Below, piece after piece: positions 48,540 through 57,117 of a stretch of DNA of 64,000 nt. The notes below the pieces were generated by a model, which was not told the DNA's origin, made no database searches, and saw nothing but the letters and a program-made list of their open reading frames with translations. Made by a program: the position numbers and the translations under genes. Position 1 is the first letter of the stretch, and the number at the start of each line of letters is the position of its first letter. Where the stretch lies: contig JAGXIU010000003.1 of NCBI GenBank assembly GCA_024635455.1, positions 290,446 through 354,445 on the forward strand, read 5' to 3'. This DNA comes from Candidatus Saccharimonadota bacterium (GTDB lineage: Bacteria > Patescibacteriota > Saccharimonadia > Saccharimonadales > SLHW01).

Positions 48540-49932
48540 TCATCTTTTCTCACCAAGATATCCGCTACGGCTGGCTTACGTATTGCAACAGAGTGAGTAC
48601 AGCACACAAAGTTTCTTGCGCTGGCTGAGACGTAATCCAAGTCTAGGTACAGCGCAACGCCGCGGCACCTTTGATTACACGAAACGCGGCAAACTGACCG
48701 TCATGGTGAGCTATATAGGCTGGCTGGTGGCGCCAGTTCTCGCGGTATGGCTAACCTATATGAACAGTGGCCTGATATGGCTAGTGCTCCTGCTATTCGC
48801 CCCCCTCACAGCCAGCCTGGCGGTGATAGTACTGAACTCCATCATTCAACCACTGATAGCGCATCGCTTTCAACGCGAGATAAATGCCGCACACAACCGG
48901 TTGACGGATATGCCGGCAACTCGGATTGCTATCTTAGGTAGCTACGGCAAAACTACCATGAAAGAGCTATTAGCAACCGTGTTTTCTGCGGATAAGCGCA
49001 TCAGTGCTACGCCGGCAAATAAAAATGTTTTGATTAGTCATGCTCGCTGGGTACAGACATTGCGTGGTGACGAAGAAGTCCTGTTGTTTGAGTTCGGTGA
49101 GGCCAATCCTGGAGATATCGAGAAAATGGCCAAACTGAGTCAGCCCGATATCGCCATCATAACTGGTTTGGCGCCAGCCCACATGGAAGGTTACGAATCA
49201 CTACAGGCAATTGCTGATGACTTTGCCTGCGTGGCTGACTTTAGTACGCACCCACCGTTTATTAATGGGGATTCGACTGAGCTACGTCAACGATTACCTC
49301 AGGAAAACCTCTACGATATGAACGAAGTCGATGGCTGGAAAGTCCAGGACGTGCAAACTGATATTTCGGGTACATCGTTTCGCCTGCACAAAGACGAACA
49401 GACATTTACGCTGCAGAGCAAACTTATCGGCGAGCATTTAGTCGGGCCACTGGCACTGAGCGCGGTTATAGCGGCACGACTCGGATTGACACAGAAACAG
49501 ATCGAAACCGGCATATCCAAAACCCAACCGTTTGCACACCGCATGCAACCGTATAAGTTAAACGGTGCTTGGATTATTGATGATACCTACAACGGCACCA
49601 TTGAAGGCATGCGGGCTGGGCTGCACTTGCTCGGACAGCTCGAGGCTACGAGGAAAACTTACGTCACACCAGGTCTGGTCGAGCAAGGTGACGCGACAAT
49701 ATCAGTCCACCGCGAACTCGGTCGGCTCATCGCAGAAGCCGCGCCTGATCGCGTGGTTCTGATGGATAATAGTGTGCGTCCACACATCCAAGTCGGTATG
49801 GAGGAGCATGGTTTTTCGGGAAACCTTACTGTCGAAAAAGACCCCCTAGCCTATTATAAAAACTTAGAACACCACGTCTCTGCCGGCGACGTGGTACTCA
49901 TGCAAAATGATTGGCCAGATGGCTACACCTAA
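48511..49932 (+). CDS. Mur ligase family protein (MurF-like) with hydrophobic N-terminal extension
   Basis: ILGSYGKTTMKELL P-loop and Mur ligase middle and C-terminal domains. Directly upstream of ddl. Start uncertain (ATG 48511 or GTG 48532). Confidence 0.75.
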   Translation: MSSWAVRVLSHLFSPRYPLRLAYVLQQSEYSTQSFLRWLRRNPSLGTAQRRGTFDYTKRGKLTVMVSYIGWLVAPVLAVWLTYMNSGLIWLVLLLFAPLTASLAVIVLNSIIQPLIAHRFQREINAAHNRLTDMPATRIAILGSYGKTTMKELLATVFSADKRISATPANKNVLISHARWVQTLRGDEEVLLFEFGEANPGDIEKMAKLSQPDIAIITGLAPAHMEGYESLQAIADDFACVADFSTHPPFINGDSTELRQRLPQENLYDMNEVDGWKVQDVQTDISGTSFRLHKDEQTFTLQSKLIGEHLVGPLALSAVIAARLGLTQKQIETGISKTQPFAHRMQPYKLNGAWIIDDTYNGTIEGMRAGLHLLGQLEATRKTYVTPGLVEQGDATISVHRELGRLIAEAAPDRVVLMDNSVRPHIQVGMEEHGFSGNLTVEKDPLAYYKNLEHHVSAGDVVLMQNDWPDGYT

Positions 49933-49962
49933 AATCCGCCAGCAAACTGCTATAGTAGTGTC

Positions 49963-51138
49963 ATGAAACACATCGGCGTATTTTTTGGCGGACGCTCAGC
50001 AGAGCATGATATTTCTATCGTTACCGCCCTCTCATCTGTCATAAAACCACTCGAGGCAACCAACTCCTACAACGTTGTCCCGATATATATTGCTAAGGAT
50101 GGCAGGTGGTACTCCGATGAAAAGCTCAAGGACATACAGTTATACCAATCTGGCAAGATAGAAAAGTTTATCAGCAGCGAAACACCAATTAGTTTTCGGT
50201 TTGATGATGGACTAGTCATTGAGCGTGGAGGAAAAAAGCTAAAACGAAAAAAGCAATCAACACGCATCGATATCGCCTTTCCAGCTATGCACGGCACACA
50301 TGGTGAAGATGGCGAACTCATGGGATTGCTAGAACTTGCCAATATACCCTATGTTGGTTGTGGTGTGCTCTCTAGCGCTATCGCTATGGACAAAGTGGTC
50401 TGCAAGACACTGATTGCGACGCACGATATCGCCACGCCACAGATGATTGCCACTACGGCAGAAAATTACAGCCACGACACCAGCTCCGTGCTCGACTCAA
50501 TTAATAAAGCGTTGAAATTCCCCGTCTTTGTAAAGCCAGCTCGGCTGGGCTCAAGTATCGGTATCAGTAAAGTCGAGAGTAGCGACGAGCTACAAAATGC
50601 CATCGAGGTGGCCCTGCACTACGACAATAAGGTGCTCGTTGAGGAGGCAGTAGATAATCTCATTGAGGTCACCGTCCCCGTCATCGGCAATCACAGTCCC
50701 GAACCTGGGCTGGTTGAGCAACCAATTGTCGACCCAGACGCCAGCTTTGACTTTGATACCAAGTACCTCAACCAAGCTGGTAAAGGTGGTAAAAAAATGT
50801 CCGATACGCAACAAGGTGCGCAAGGTTATAGCAAGCTGCCGGCTGACATTTCAAAAAAACTGTATGATGCATCTGTTGCTACTGCGCTAGCCAGTTATAA
50901 AGCTTTGGAGTGCAGCGGCATTGCCCGTATTGACCTGCTGATTAACAACAAATCTAATACCGTTTACTTTAACGAGATTAATCCGCTGCCTGGTAGCCTA
51001 TATCGGCACAACTGGCACGCCAATGGCATATCAGCGGTTGAGCTAGTCACGAAACTCGTAAGCCTCGCAGAAGAAAAGCACCAGGAAAAGTCGCGACTCA
51101 GCACGACGTTTAAGACCAATTTCCTGAAACAGTTTTAA
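49963..51138 (+). CDS. ddl: D-alanine--D-alanine ligase
   Basis: GGRSAEHDISIVTA, HGTHGEDGELMGLLE and ATP-grasp motifs. Confidence 0.9.
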   Translation: MKHIGVFFGGRSAEHDISIVTALSSVIKPLEATNSYNVVPIYIAKDGRWYSDEKLKDIQLYQSGKIEKFISSETPISFRFDDGLVIERGGKKLKRKKQSTRIDIAFPAMHGTHGEDGELMGLLELANIPYVGCGVLSSAIAMDKVVCKTLIATHDIATPQMIATTAENYSHDTSSVLDSINKALKFPVFVKPARLGSSIGISKVESSDELQNAIEVALHYDNKVLVEEAVDNLIEVTVPVIGNHSPEPGLVEQPIVDPDASFDFDTKYLNQAGKGGKKMSDTQQGAQGYSKLPADISKKLYDASVATALASYKALECSGIARIDLLINNKSNTVYFNEINPLPGSLYRHNWHANGISAVELVTKLVSLAEEKHQEKSRLSTTFKTNFLKQF

Positions 51139-51147
51139 AGAAACCGT

Positions 51148-52254
51148 CTAGACCAATTGTTCCCACGGTAAGTCTAGCTTGCCAAAGTGGCCGTAGGCAG
51201 AGGTTGGCTGGTAAATTGGTCGACGCAAATCGAGCGTCTCGACAATCCCCTTCACCGATGTGTCGATGAGCTTGGCCGCAAAGGTATCAAGCTTAGACTG
51301 AGATACGGTTTCGGTGCCGAATGTTTCGATGGTTTGCATCAGCGGCTTTGGCTGGCCAATAACGTAGGCCAAGCCGACCTCACAACGCGAGGCTAGTTTT
51401 TGCGACACGATGTTTTTGGCAATATAGCGCGCTGCGTAAGCGCCGCTACGGTCGACCTTGCTCGGATCTTTACCGCTAAACGCTCCGCCGCCAACGCGAG
51501 CGTAGCCGCCGTAGGTATCGACCACAATCTTGCGGCCAGTCAATCCGGCATCAGAGTCTGGCCCTGGGATGTGCCAAACACCGGTACCGTTTATGATGAT
51601 GTTGTTTTTCTTTGGCACGGCTAGTCCAAAGCTTTCCAGCACCGGTGCAACGATGTGCTTGATGGCGTCAGCTCGAACTTCATCTGGCTCTGTCTCTTCG
51701 TGGTGGGCTACTGCCAATACCAGTTTTTCTACCGCTACCGGCTTATCGTCTTCGTAACGCACAGTCACCTGGGCCTTGCCGTCTGGCCGCAGCCACGCTA
51801 ACTTGTGCTCTTCCTGCTGCTGGTCAATGCGCCTGGTTAAGGCGTGCGCCAGACTGATTGGAAGTGGCATCAAGGCTTCAGTCTCGTCAACCGCGAAACC
51901 AAACATCATCCCCTGGTCACCTGCTCCGTCTTGATCAACGCCGACAGCGATTTCTGGCGACTGTTGGTGAACAAAGTTATGGAAGTTGGACTGGTCCGAA
52001 AAGCCCCAAGCTGGCTCGTCATAGCCGAGCGTTCGCACGGTGTCGCGTGCGATCGTCTCAAAATCCACAGTTGCGCGTGACTTGATTTCACCGAACAGGC
52101 TAATCTGATTGGCCCCAACCACCGCTTCGATACCGGTTCGGCTATAAGGGTCTTGAGCAATTGCGGCGTCAAGTAATGCATCGCTAATACGGTCGCAAAT
52201 TTTATCTGGGTGACCGCTACAAACGGATTCGCTGGTAAATAATCGTGTGGACAT
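51148..52254 (-). CDS. metK: S-adenosylmethionine synthetase
   Basis: GHPDKICD, GAGDQGMMFG and GGGAFSGKDPSKVDRS motifs. Confidence 0.95.
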   Translation of the reverse strand: MSTRLFTSESVCSGHPDKICDRISDALLDAAIAQDPYSRTGIEAVVGANQISLFGEIKSRATVDFETIARDTVRTLGYDEPAWGFSDQSNFHNFVHQQSPEIAVGVDQDGAGDQGMMFGFAVDETEALMPLPISLAHALTRRIDQQQEEHKLAWLRPDGKAQVTVRYEDDKPVAVEKLVLAVAHHEETEPDEVRADAIKHIVAPVLESFGLAVPKKNNIIINGTGVWHIPGPDSDAGLTGRKIVVDTYGGYARVGGGAFSGKDPSKVDRSGAYAARYIAKNIVSQKLASRCEVGLAYVIGQPKPLMQTIETFGTETVSQSKLDTFAAKLIDTSVKGIVETLDLRRPIYQPTSAYGHFGKLDLPWEQLV

Positions 52255-52255
52255 G

Positions 52256-52465
52256 TTATTTCTCCTCGTGTTTTATTGGTTCAATCTCAACATCTAAAGT
52301 CGCTACCGTGCTGGGTAGCCTGAATACTACTTGCTCTGGCTGGTGCCGCTGACGATTCACCTCGACTCCAGCTCGCGCGATATCCGCAATGCTAGCCACC
52401 AACTGCTCAGGGCTAAGCTGCGACTCACAGCCACGCTCAGCTTTTCTGGTTGCTAAAGTCTCCAT
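52256..52465 (-). CDS. hypothetical 69-aa ORF between riboswitch candidate and metK
   Basis: ORF only. Its stop lies inside the metK SD region (GAGGAGAAATAACATG), which suggests coupling. Could instead be untranslated leader. Confidence 0.35.
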   Translation of the reverse strand: METLATRKAERGCESQLSPEQLVASIADIARAGVEVNRQRHQPEQVVFRLPSTVATLDVEIEPIKHEEK

Positions 52466-52473
52466 AAATGTAA

Positions 52474-52630
52474 ATATCCTTTCTTGGCTTCTCAGCTTCA
52501 GAAAGGATATATCTCACGAGAAAATATCAATCCTGGGCTGTTTGTGCCAGGTCTAGTTGGAGCACCTTATCTTGATGATAGGTTGCTGGCGGATTAACGA
52601 GCTAGATCTCTCCCCGCGCTCTTTATATTC
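52474..52630 (-). promoter_or_regulatory. candidate SAM-I-clan riboswitch (aptamer ~52522-52630) plus SD-sequestering hairpin (52474-52510)
   Basis: The minus-strand RNA has several SAM-I-like elements. P1 is GAAUAU/AUAUUU. AUAAAGAG corresponds to the AUCAAGAG consensus. P2 is GCGG...CCGC with loop AGAUCUAG. P3 is GCAACC-hairpin-GGUGCU. J3/4 CUAGA is complementary to the P2 loop UCUAG (pseudoknot). P4 is CCUGG-N9-CCAGG. An 11-bp hairpin, AUAUCCUUUCU...AGAAAGGAUAU, covers the AAGGA SD 11 nt before the ATG. Confidence 0.5.
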
Positions 52631-52669
52631 TTAAATTGTTAACGTTTATACTGTAGCACGAACGCTGCG

Positions 52670-53113
52670 TTACGCCATAGACCTTACATGGCAAGCCCGA
52701 ATATCATCAAGGATTGTCTTCGTTTCCTCTTCATCAAGTCTGAGTACAGTAGGCTGGCCTTCCCTGTCCTCTAGCATTGCATATAGGTATCCGTCATTGG
52801 CTGCAATATAGTCGGTTGTATAAGGGTTCTCATTATTTGGGTTCTGCCGTTCTACTTGTAATGCTATTTCGGTTCGTGCCTCATTTGCGTATGTAGCCCT
52901 ATACGTGAAGTGGTATGTGTCGTATTGATCGAGCTTGCCTGCAACACAGTTCAAGTCATCGACTGGTTCAACAAAAAGTGGATTAAATGAAGCTAGCGGG
53001 TATTCCGCGCTTGTAATTAATGCGACTTCATTTACAGCTTGCAGTGTAATATTCAGCTCTTCATAAACTGTACTTGGAGCATGCCTTTCGGCATTTGTCG
53101 GTTCTCTTTCCAT
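52670..53113 (-). CDS. hypothetical protein
   Basis: ATG at 53113 preceded by GAGAGGAG; 147 aa; no recognisable motif. Confidence 0.6.
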   Translation of the reverse strand: MEREPTNAERHAPSTVYEELNITLQAVNEVALITSAEYPLASFNPLFVEPVDDLNCVAGKLDQYDTYHFTYRATYANEARTEIALQVERQNPNNENPYTTDYIAANDGYLYAMLEDREGQPTVLRLDEEETKTILDDIRACHVRSMA

Positions 53114-53243
53114 AATAACTCCTCTCAAAGTTCGTATAATTAGTACTATACTACCATGATTATGCCATTCTGTCGTGAGCTTTTTTATCAGAATGCCTAG
53201 ATAATATAACGCAGATTATGTATAATTCCCCCTGTCCAAACAT

Positions 53244-53317
53244 TGGGGATTAGCCAAGCGGTAAGGCAGCGGATTCTGGTTCCGCGATCGGGGGTTCGAA
53301 TCCCTCATCCCCAGCCA
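53244..53317 (+). tRNA. tRNA-Gln (anticodon CUG), CCA encoded
   Basis: Hand-folded: acceptor TGGGGAT/ATCCCCA, D arm GCC-AAGCGGTAA-GGC, anticodon arm GCGGA-TTCTGGT-TCCGC, T arm GGGGG-TTCGAAT-CCCTC, discriminator G, CCA. 74 nt. Confidence 0.9.
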
Positions 53318-53834
53318 TGAATGTGTTGATGAGCTTTTGCTCGTCGATACATTCATTGACACGGAGTGTTGGGTTTCGAACCCCCGTAGAATGAGCGCAA
53401 GCGAATGTGGGGTTCAGGGATTGAGCTTCACGCGCAGATGCTCGCATCGAGCATGAAGTGAAAAGCCACGATGTCATCCCTCATCCCCAGCCATGAAATG
53501 ACACCACCTTTGTGTGGTGTTTTTTCATGGCTCAAGTGGTTCGAACCCCCGTAGAATGAGCCGTAGCGAATGTGGGGTTCGGTGGAGCGAAGTCACGCGC
53601 AGAAGCTCGCTTCGAGTAAGCTTGAGCGGAAGAGACGAAGGCGATATCCCTCATCCCCAGCCATGAAAGAGAGTCACCTTGCGTGGCTCTTTTTCATGGC
53701 TATGAGTTGGGTTCGGTTCTCCGATCAGCGAACGAATGTGAGCAAGATCGGGGATTCGGGCATCAAGCTCGCGCGCAAGAGTTTACTCTGAGCACGAGTG
53801 CAGCATGCACTATGTCATCCCTCATCACCAGCGA
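53317..53834 (+). repeat. tRNA-proximal hairpin plus three tandem ~170-nt units (U1 53361-53530, U2 53531-53702, U3 53703-53834), each ending in a copy of the tRNA 3' end
   Basis: ATCCCTCATCCCCAGCCATGAA is identical at 53302 (the tRNA itself), 53476 and 53646; a degenerate form (ATCCCTCATCACCAGCGA) lies at 53817. In the tRNA, U1 and U2 the CCA is embedded in a long hairpin (CCATGAA...TTCATGG), followed by a T-run only in U1 and U2; U3's degenerate end has no hairpin. Confidence 0.85.
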
Positions 53835-54302
53835 GTGAATATGTACGTAGATTTTTTAATATGATTCTTGGATGTCAAGAAATGAAGACAGTCCCCTACT
53901 CTCAGCATCCCTTGAAACTTTTCCAAAGTAAGATTCGGTTGAGGCAGCTCAAGACACAAGTGACTCTACTGCTTATTAAAGAGCAGAAATTAGCTCTCTT
54001 GCTGAAGCTCCTGGCATCACACCACCTAGCGATGATTTGCTCGAAGATCACTTAGGACGAGTTGGTGCCAGAAAACTTCTAAACGAAAACCCGATTAGAG
54101 GCGGCAGATACTATTGGTTGCTGTAAGCCTTGGATTGTTATACTTCATTCCTTGATTTCCTTAAATAAACTTTTGTTATTTTTTACTTAAATAAAAGTTT
54201 TATTCTCGAATACTAGCTCCACCGTTGACTGACTAGAAATATTTTTATGCTCATGCTAAAGTAAATTTATGGATACTAAATCATATGTGAGGTGCACTTT
54301 AT

Positions 54303-56132
54303 ATGGTAAATATACGTCAACACTTGGCACAGACACTCCGTGCCGGATCTAGTTATGTCAAAAAACATCAAACCGTCGCTTTCTCAGAGTTATTCGCGCT
54401 AGCTGCCCTCCTCGTCCTTGGTTTGTCTTTTGCTTCATCTTCCACCAAGACGCTGACCTACCAAGGCAGTTTACATCACAAGGCTCCAGTTGAGACCTAT
54501 AACATCCGCTCAGCTGAAGGCGCATTTACTGCAGAACTCACATTTGCCGAGGACAAAAAAAATAATGCCGTCAATACTATGACTTTGGCCTTGCATGACG
54601 ATCAGGGTACACAGCTTGCCTTCAGTGAAAGTGGCAGTCCGGTTGCTATTTTTAACGAAGTTAACAAAGGTGAATACCGGATTACCGTTTCTACCAACGA
54701 CAGCTTTAAGGGCAATTCAGATTACACTCTCAAGGTTACTGTGCCAGCTTCAGACACAGTAGCCCCTTCAGTCAGTATAGATTCTCCCGGCAATGACGCT
54801 ACTGTCAGCGACACCATCTCAATCATCGTCACCGCCAGTGACGATGTAGCTGTAGACAGGGTAATTATACAAATAGATAACGGGGCAATACATACCTTGG
54901 ATAATACGGAGTCTTGGGAGTATAGCCTCGACACCACTACCCTCAACGACGGTGCTCACACAGCACTTGTCACCGCCTATGATACTTCTGAAAACGTAAC
55001 AAGTACTTCAGTTAGTTTTACGGTGGAAAACAGTACTCATAATGATGGTGTAAACACAGATGATAGCGAGAACACAACAGTTAGCGACTATTTATGGATT
55101 TCCCCGAGCACAATTGCTGATTTGCCAACAAGCGGTGATGCGTGGCAGGAAATTGTTGATGACGCAAATCGTCTGCCAGCAGACGGAGGCGGTGCTAGTG
55201 TTGGTGATCAGAACTCTAGGCACGACCAATATACGCTAGCTGCTGCACTTGCTTGTGTCCGTACCAACGAGACAAGCTATTGTGATAAAGCAACTGGTGG
55301 TTTACTCGATGCTATTGGCACAGAAACTGACGACAGAGGCCGTTGGCTGGCTGTTGGTCGCAATGTTGGTGCATATACGATTGCTGCAGATATCATGGAT
55401 CTTCGTGCTGACGGGGATCCCAACTCAGACGGGTCACAAATTGAAGCATGGTTATCTAATCTTCTAGAGCGAACTCTCGCAGATAACAACGACCCTGATG
55501 TACAGGAAAAACTTATACCGTTTGAGTCTGGCTCAAATGCGTCCGCACAAGAAGGGTTTGTTTACATAGCTATTGCAGCATATCTAGATGATCAGACTAA
55601 ACTTGATATAGGCTGGGATGCTTTCCGTACTTACGCTTGCGACCCTACTGCACCCGACAACGAGGATATCGATTTAGCCAAGGGTGTCGAGTATGGCTGG
55701 GCTCATGATGGCAGTAGCCCGTGTGCAATAAATCCACTGAATACTACCAAGGAAAGCGTGAGAATTGACGGTGCTATTATCAACGACATGCGTCGAGGCG
55801 GATACTTCACGGATCCCCCAGGCTATACCCAATACCCTTGGGTTGGTTTGGAGGGATTTGTACCAGCAGCTGTCGTACTTCAACGATCTGGATACCCAGC
55901 CTTTGACGTGGCGGATCAGGCAGTGCTAAGAACATTCCAGTATCTCGATTACCTTAAAGACAGAACTGGCGATACCAGGTGGTTCGATGGTAATCGAGCT
56001 GCAGAGACAATTCAGATTGTTAATACGGCATACGGTGAAAATTTCCTAATTTCCGTATCGGGTATTGGCGACGGAAGAACATTCGGATATACAGACTGGA
56101 CTCATACAGCCCAGTCAACGATTTACCCCTAA
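54303..56132 (+). CDS. secreted/membrane-anchored protein with bacterial Ig-like domain and uncharacterised C-terminal domain
   Basis: GAGGTG SD and an N-terminal TM. Ig-like segment: VAPSVSIDSPGNDATVSDTISIIVTASDDVAVDRVIIQIDNG...VSFTVEN. The ~340-aa C-terminal region has no motif I can name. Confidence 0.75.
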   Translation: MVNIRQHLAQTLRAGSSYVKKHQTVAFSELFALAALLVLGLSFASSSTKTLTYQGSLHHKAPVETYNIRSAEGAFTAELTFAEDKKNNAVNTMTLALHDDQGTQLAFSESGSPVAIFNEVNKGEYRITVSTNDSFKGNSDYTLKVTVPASDTVAPSVSIDSPGNDATVSDTISIIVTASDDVAVDRVIIQIDNGAIHTLDNTESWEYSLDTTTLNDGAHTALVTAYDTSENVTSTSVSFTVENSTHNDGVNTDDSENTTVSDYLWISPSTIADLPTSGDAWQEIVDDANRLPADGGGASVGDQNSRHDQYTLAAALACVRTNETSYCDKATGGLLDAIGTETDDRGRWLAVGRNVGAYTIAADIMDLRADGDPNSDGSQIEAWLSNLLERTLADNNDPDVQEKLIPFESGSNASAQEGFVYIAIAAYLDDQTKLDIGWDAFRTYACDPTAPDNEDIDLAKGVEYGWAHDGSSPCAINPLNTTKESVRIDGAIINDMRRGGYFTDPPGYTQYPWVGLEGFVPAAVVLQRSGYPAFDVADQAVLRTFQYLDYLKDRTGDTRWFDGNRAAETIQIVNTAYGENFLISVSGIGDGRTFGYTDWTHTAQSTIYP

Positions 56133-56520
56133 TCGTATAGTCCTAGGCCACTACGATCGATAACCGAAATCAACGGCGGATGACATGTTGCGTTTATCTG
56201 ACGAAGGGGTATGGTTTTTAGCACCGGGAGCTTAAAGCAGCACTTAAATCACAAGCCGACGTATATTGAAACCTTTATTAACTAATGCTTGTCACTTCCG
56301 ATTAGATGCATGTAATACTAGCGATACTAATTTTCCGTAATCGATCGCGTAAAGATTTTATCCCGCTTGCCCCGTAGCCAGTCTCGTCATCAAATCCGAC
56401 CAAAGCTTTACCCACGAGTTCAACAAGAACGGCACCTACTCCTGCCGAGACTTATTCAATCTCTAAACCAGCGATTCAGTTGTAGTAGCTGAGCAGGAGC
56501 AGAACACCCCTCCTACAGCG

Positions 56521-57117
56521 TTAGGGTAATCTTCCGAGGAAAAGAGCCCGAAGGCTAATGCTGATCCATATGAATGATATGAAAGTGAAGCAGAGAAAGG
56601 TCAGCGCCGAAAGAAGAATGCGTACCATGTCGGTACTATAGATAATTCCTGTTATTGATATTTCTGTCAACGGTACGGCTAAGTAGGCTAGCCCGGCAAT
56701 TACACCTAGGATTATGCTCGCAGCTAGAAGGTGAAAAATGGCGTGAAGCGCAATACTACCCCAAAATGACAGCTGATTAAAATTTTTAGGGTGCTGGTAC
56801 CGAAATGCTATGTTGAAGTCTCTCACTACCTCATCCGATCCTCGCTTTATGTAAAGCGCGACAGAAAATACAACTACTCCTAATAGATACCATAAAATGT
56901 ATTGGACAACATTTTCAATTGCAGGCAGCTGGCTTAGTCCAGATAGCCAAGAGTTGATTGTCTCACCAACAAATACTCGTGTTTCATATGTTATTGACGG
57001 ATCCGTAGTTTTGAGGTGGGTATAGATTAAGCTGCCCCCAAGTATAAGAATGGAAAGAAACCCGTATAGTAGTGATTCTAACTTAGATGGCAGTATCCAC
57101 GCTAGGTGTTTCTTCAT
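56521..57117 (-). CDS. polytopic membrane protein, hypothetical
   Basis: 198 aa with about 5 hydrophobic helices. Confidence 0.6.
   Translation of the reverse strand: MKKHLAWILPSKLESLLYGFLSILILGGSLIYTHLKTTDPSITYETRVFVGETINSWLSGLSQLPAIENVVQYILWYLLGVVVFSVALYIKRGSDEVVRDFNIAFRYQHPKNFNQLSFWGSIALHAIFHLLAASIILGVIAGLAYLAVPLTEISITGIIYSTDMVRILLSALTFLCFTFISFIWISISLRALFLGRLP

Noticed and set aside
53318-53834. CRISPR array
   Set aside because: The repeated parts are long (more than 100 nt), structured and of variable sequence type. The strictly identical core is a tRNA 3' end. There is no regular short repeat/spacer periodicity and there are no cas genes.
53250-54055. ORFs 53250-53477(-), 53570-53791(+) and 53798-54055(+); likewise 57802-58053(+) and 57932-58120(+)
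   Set aside because: They overlap the tRNA gene or the tRNA-3'-end repeat units and hairpins. They have no SD and arbitrary composition, so the RNA or repeat interpretation is better supported.
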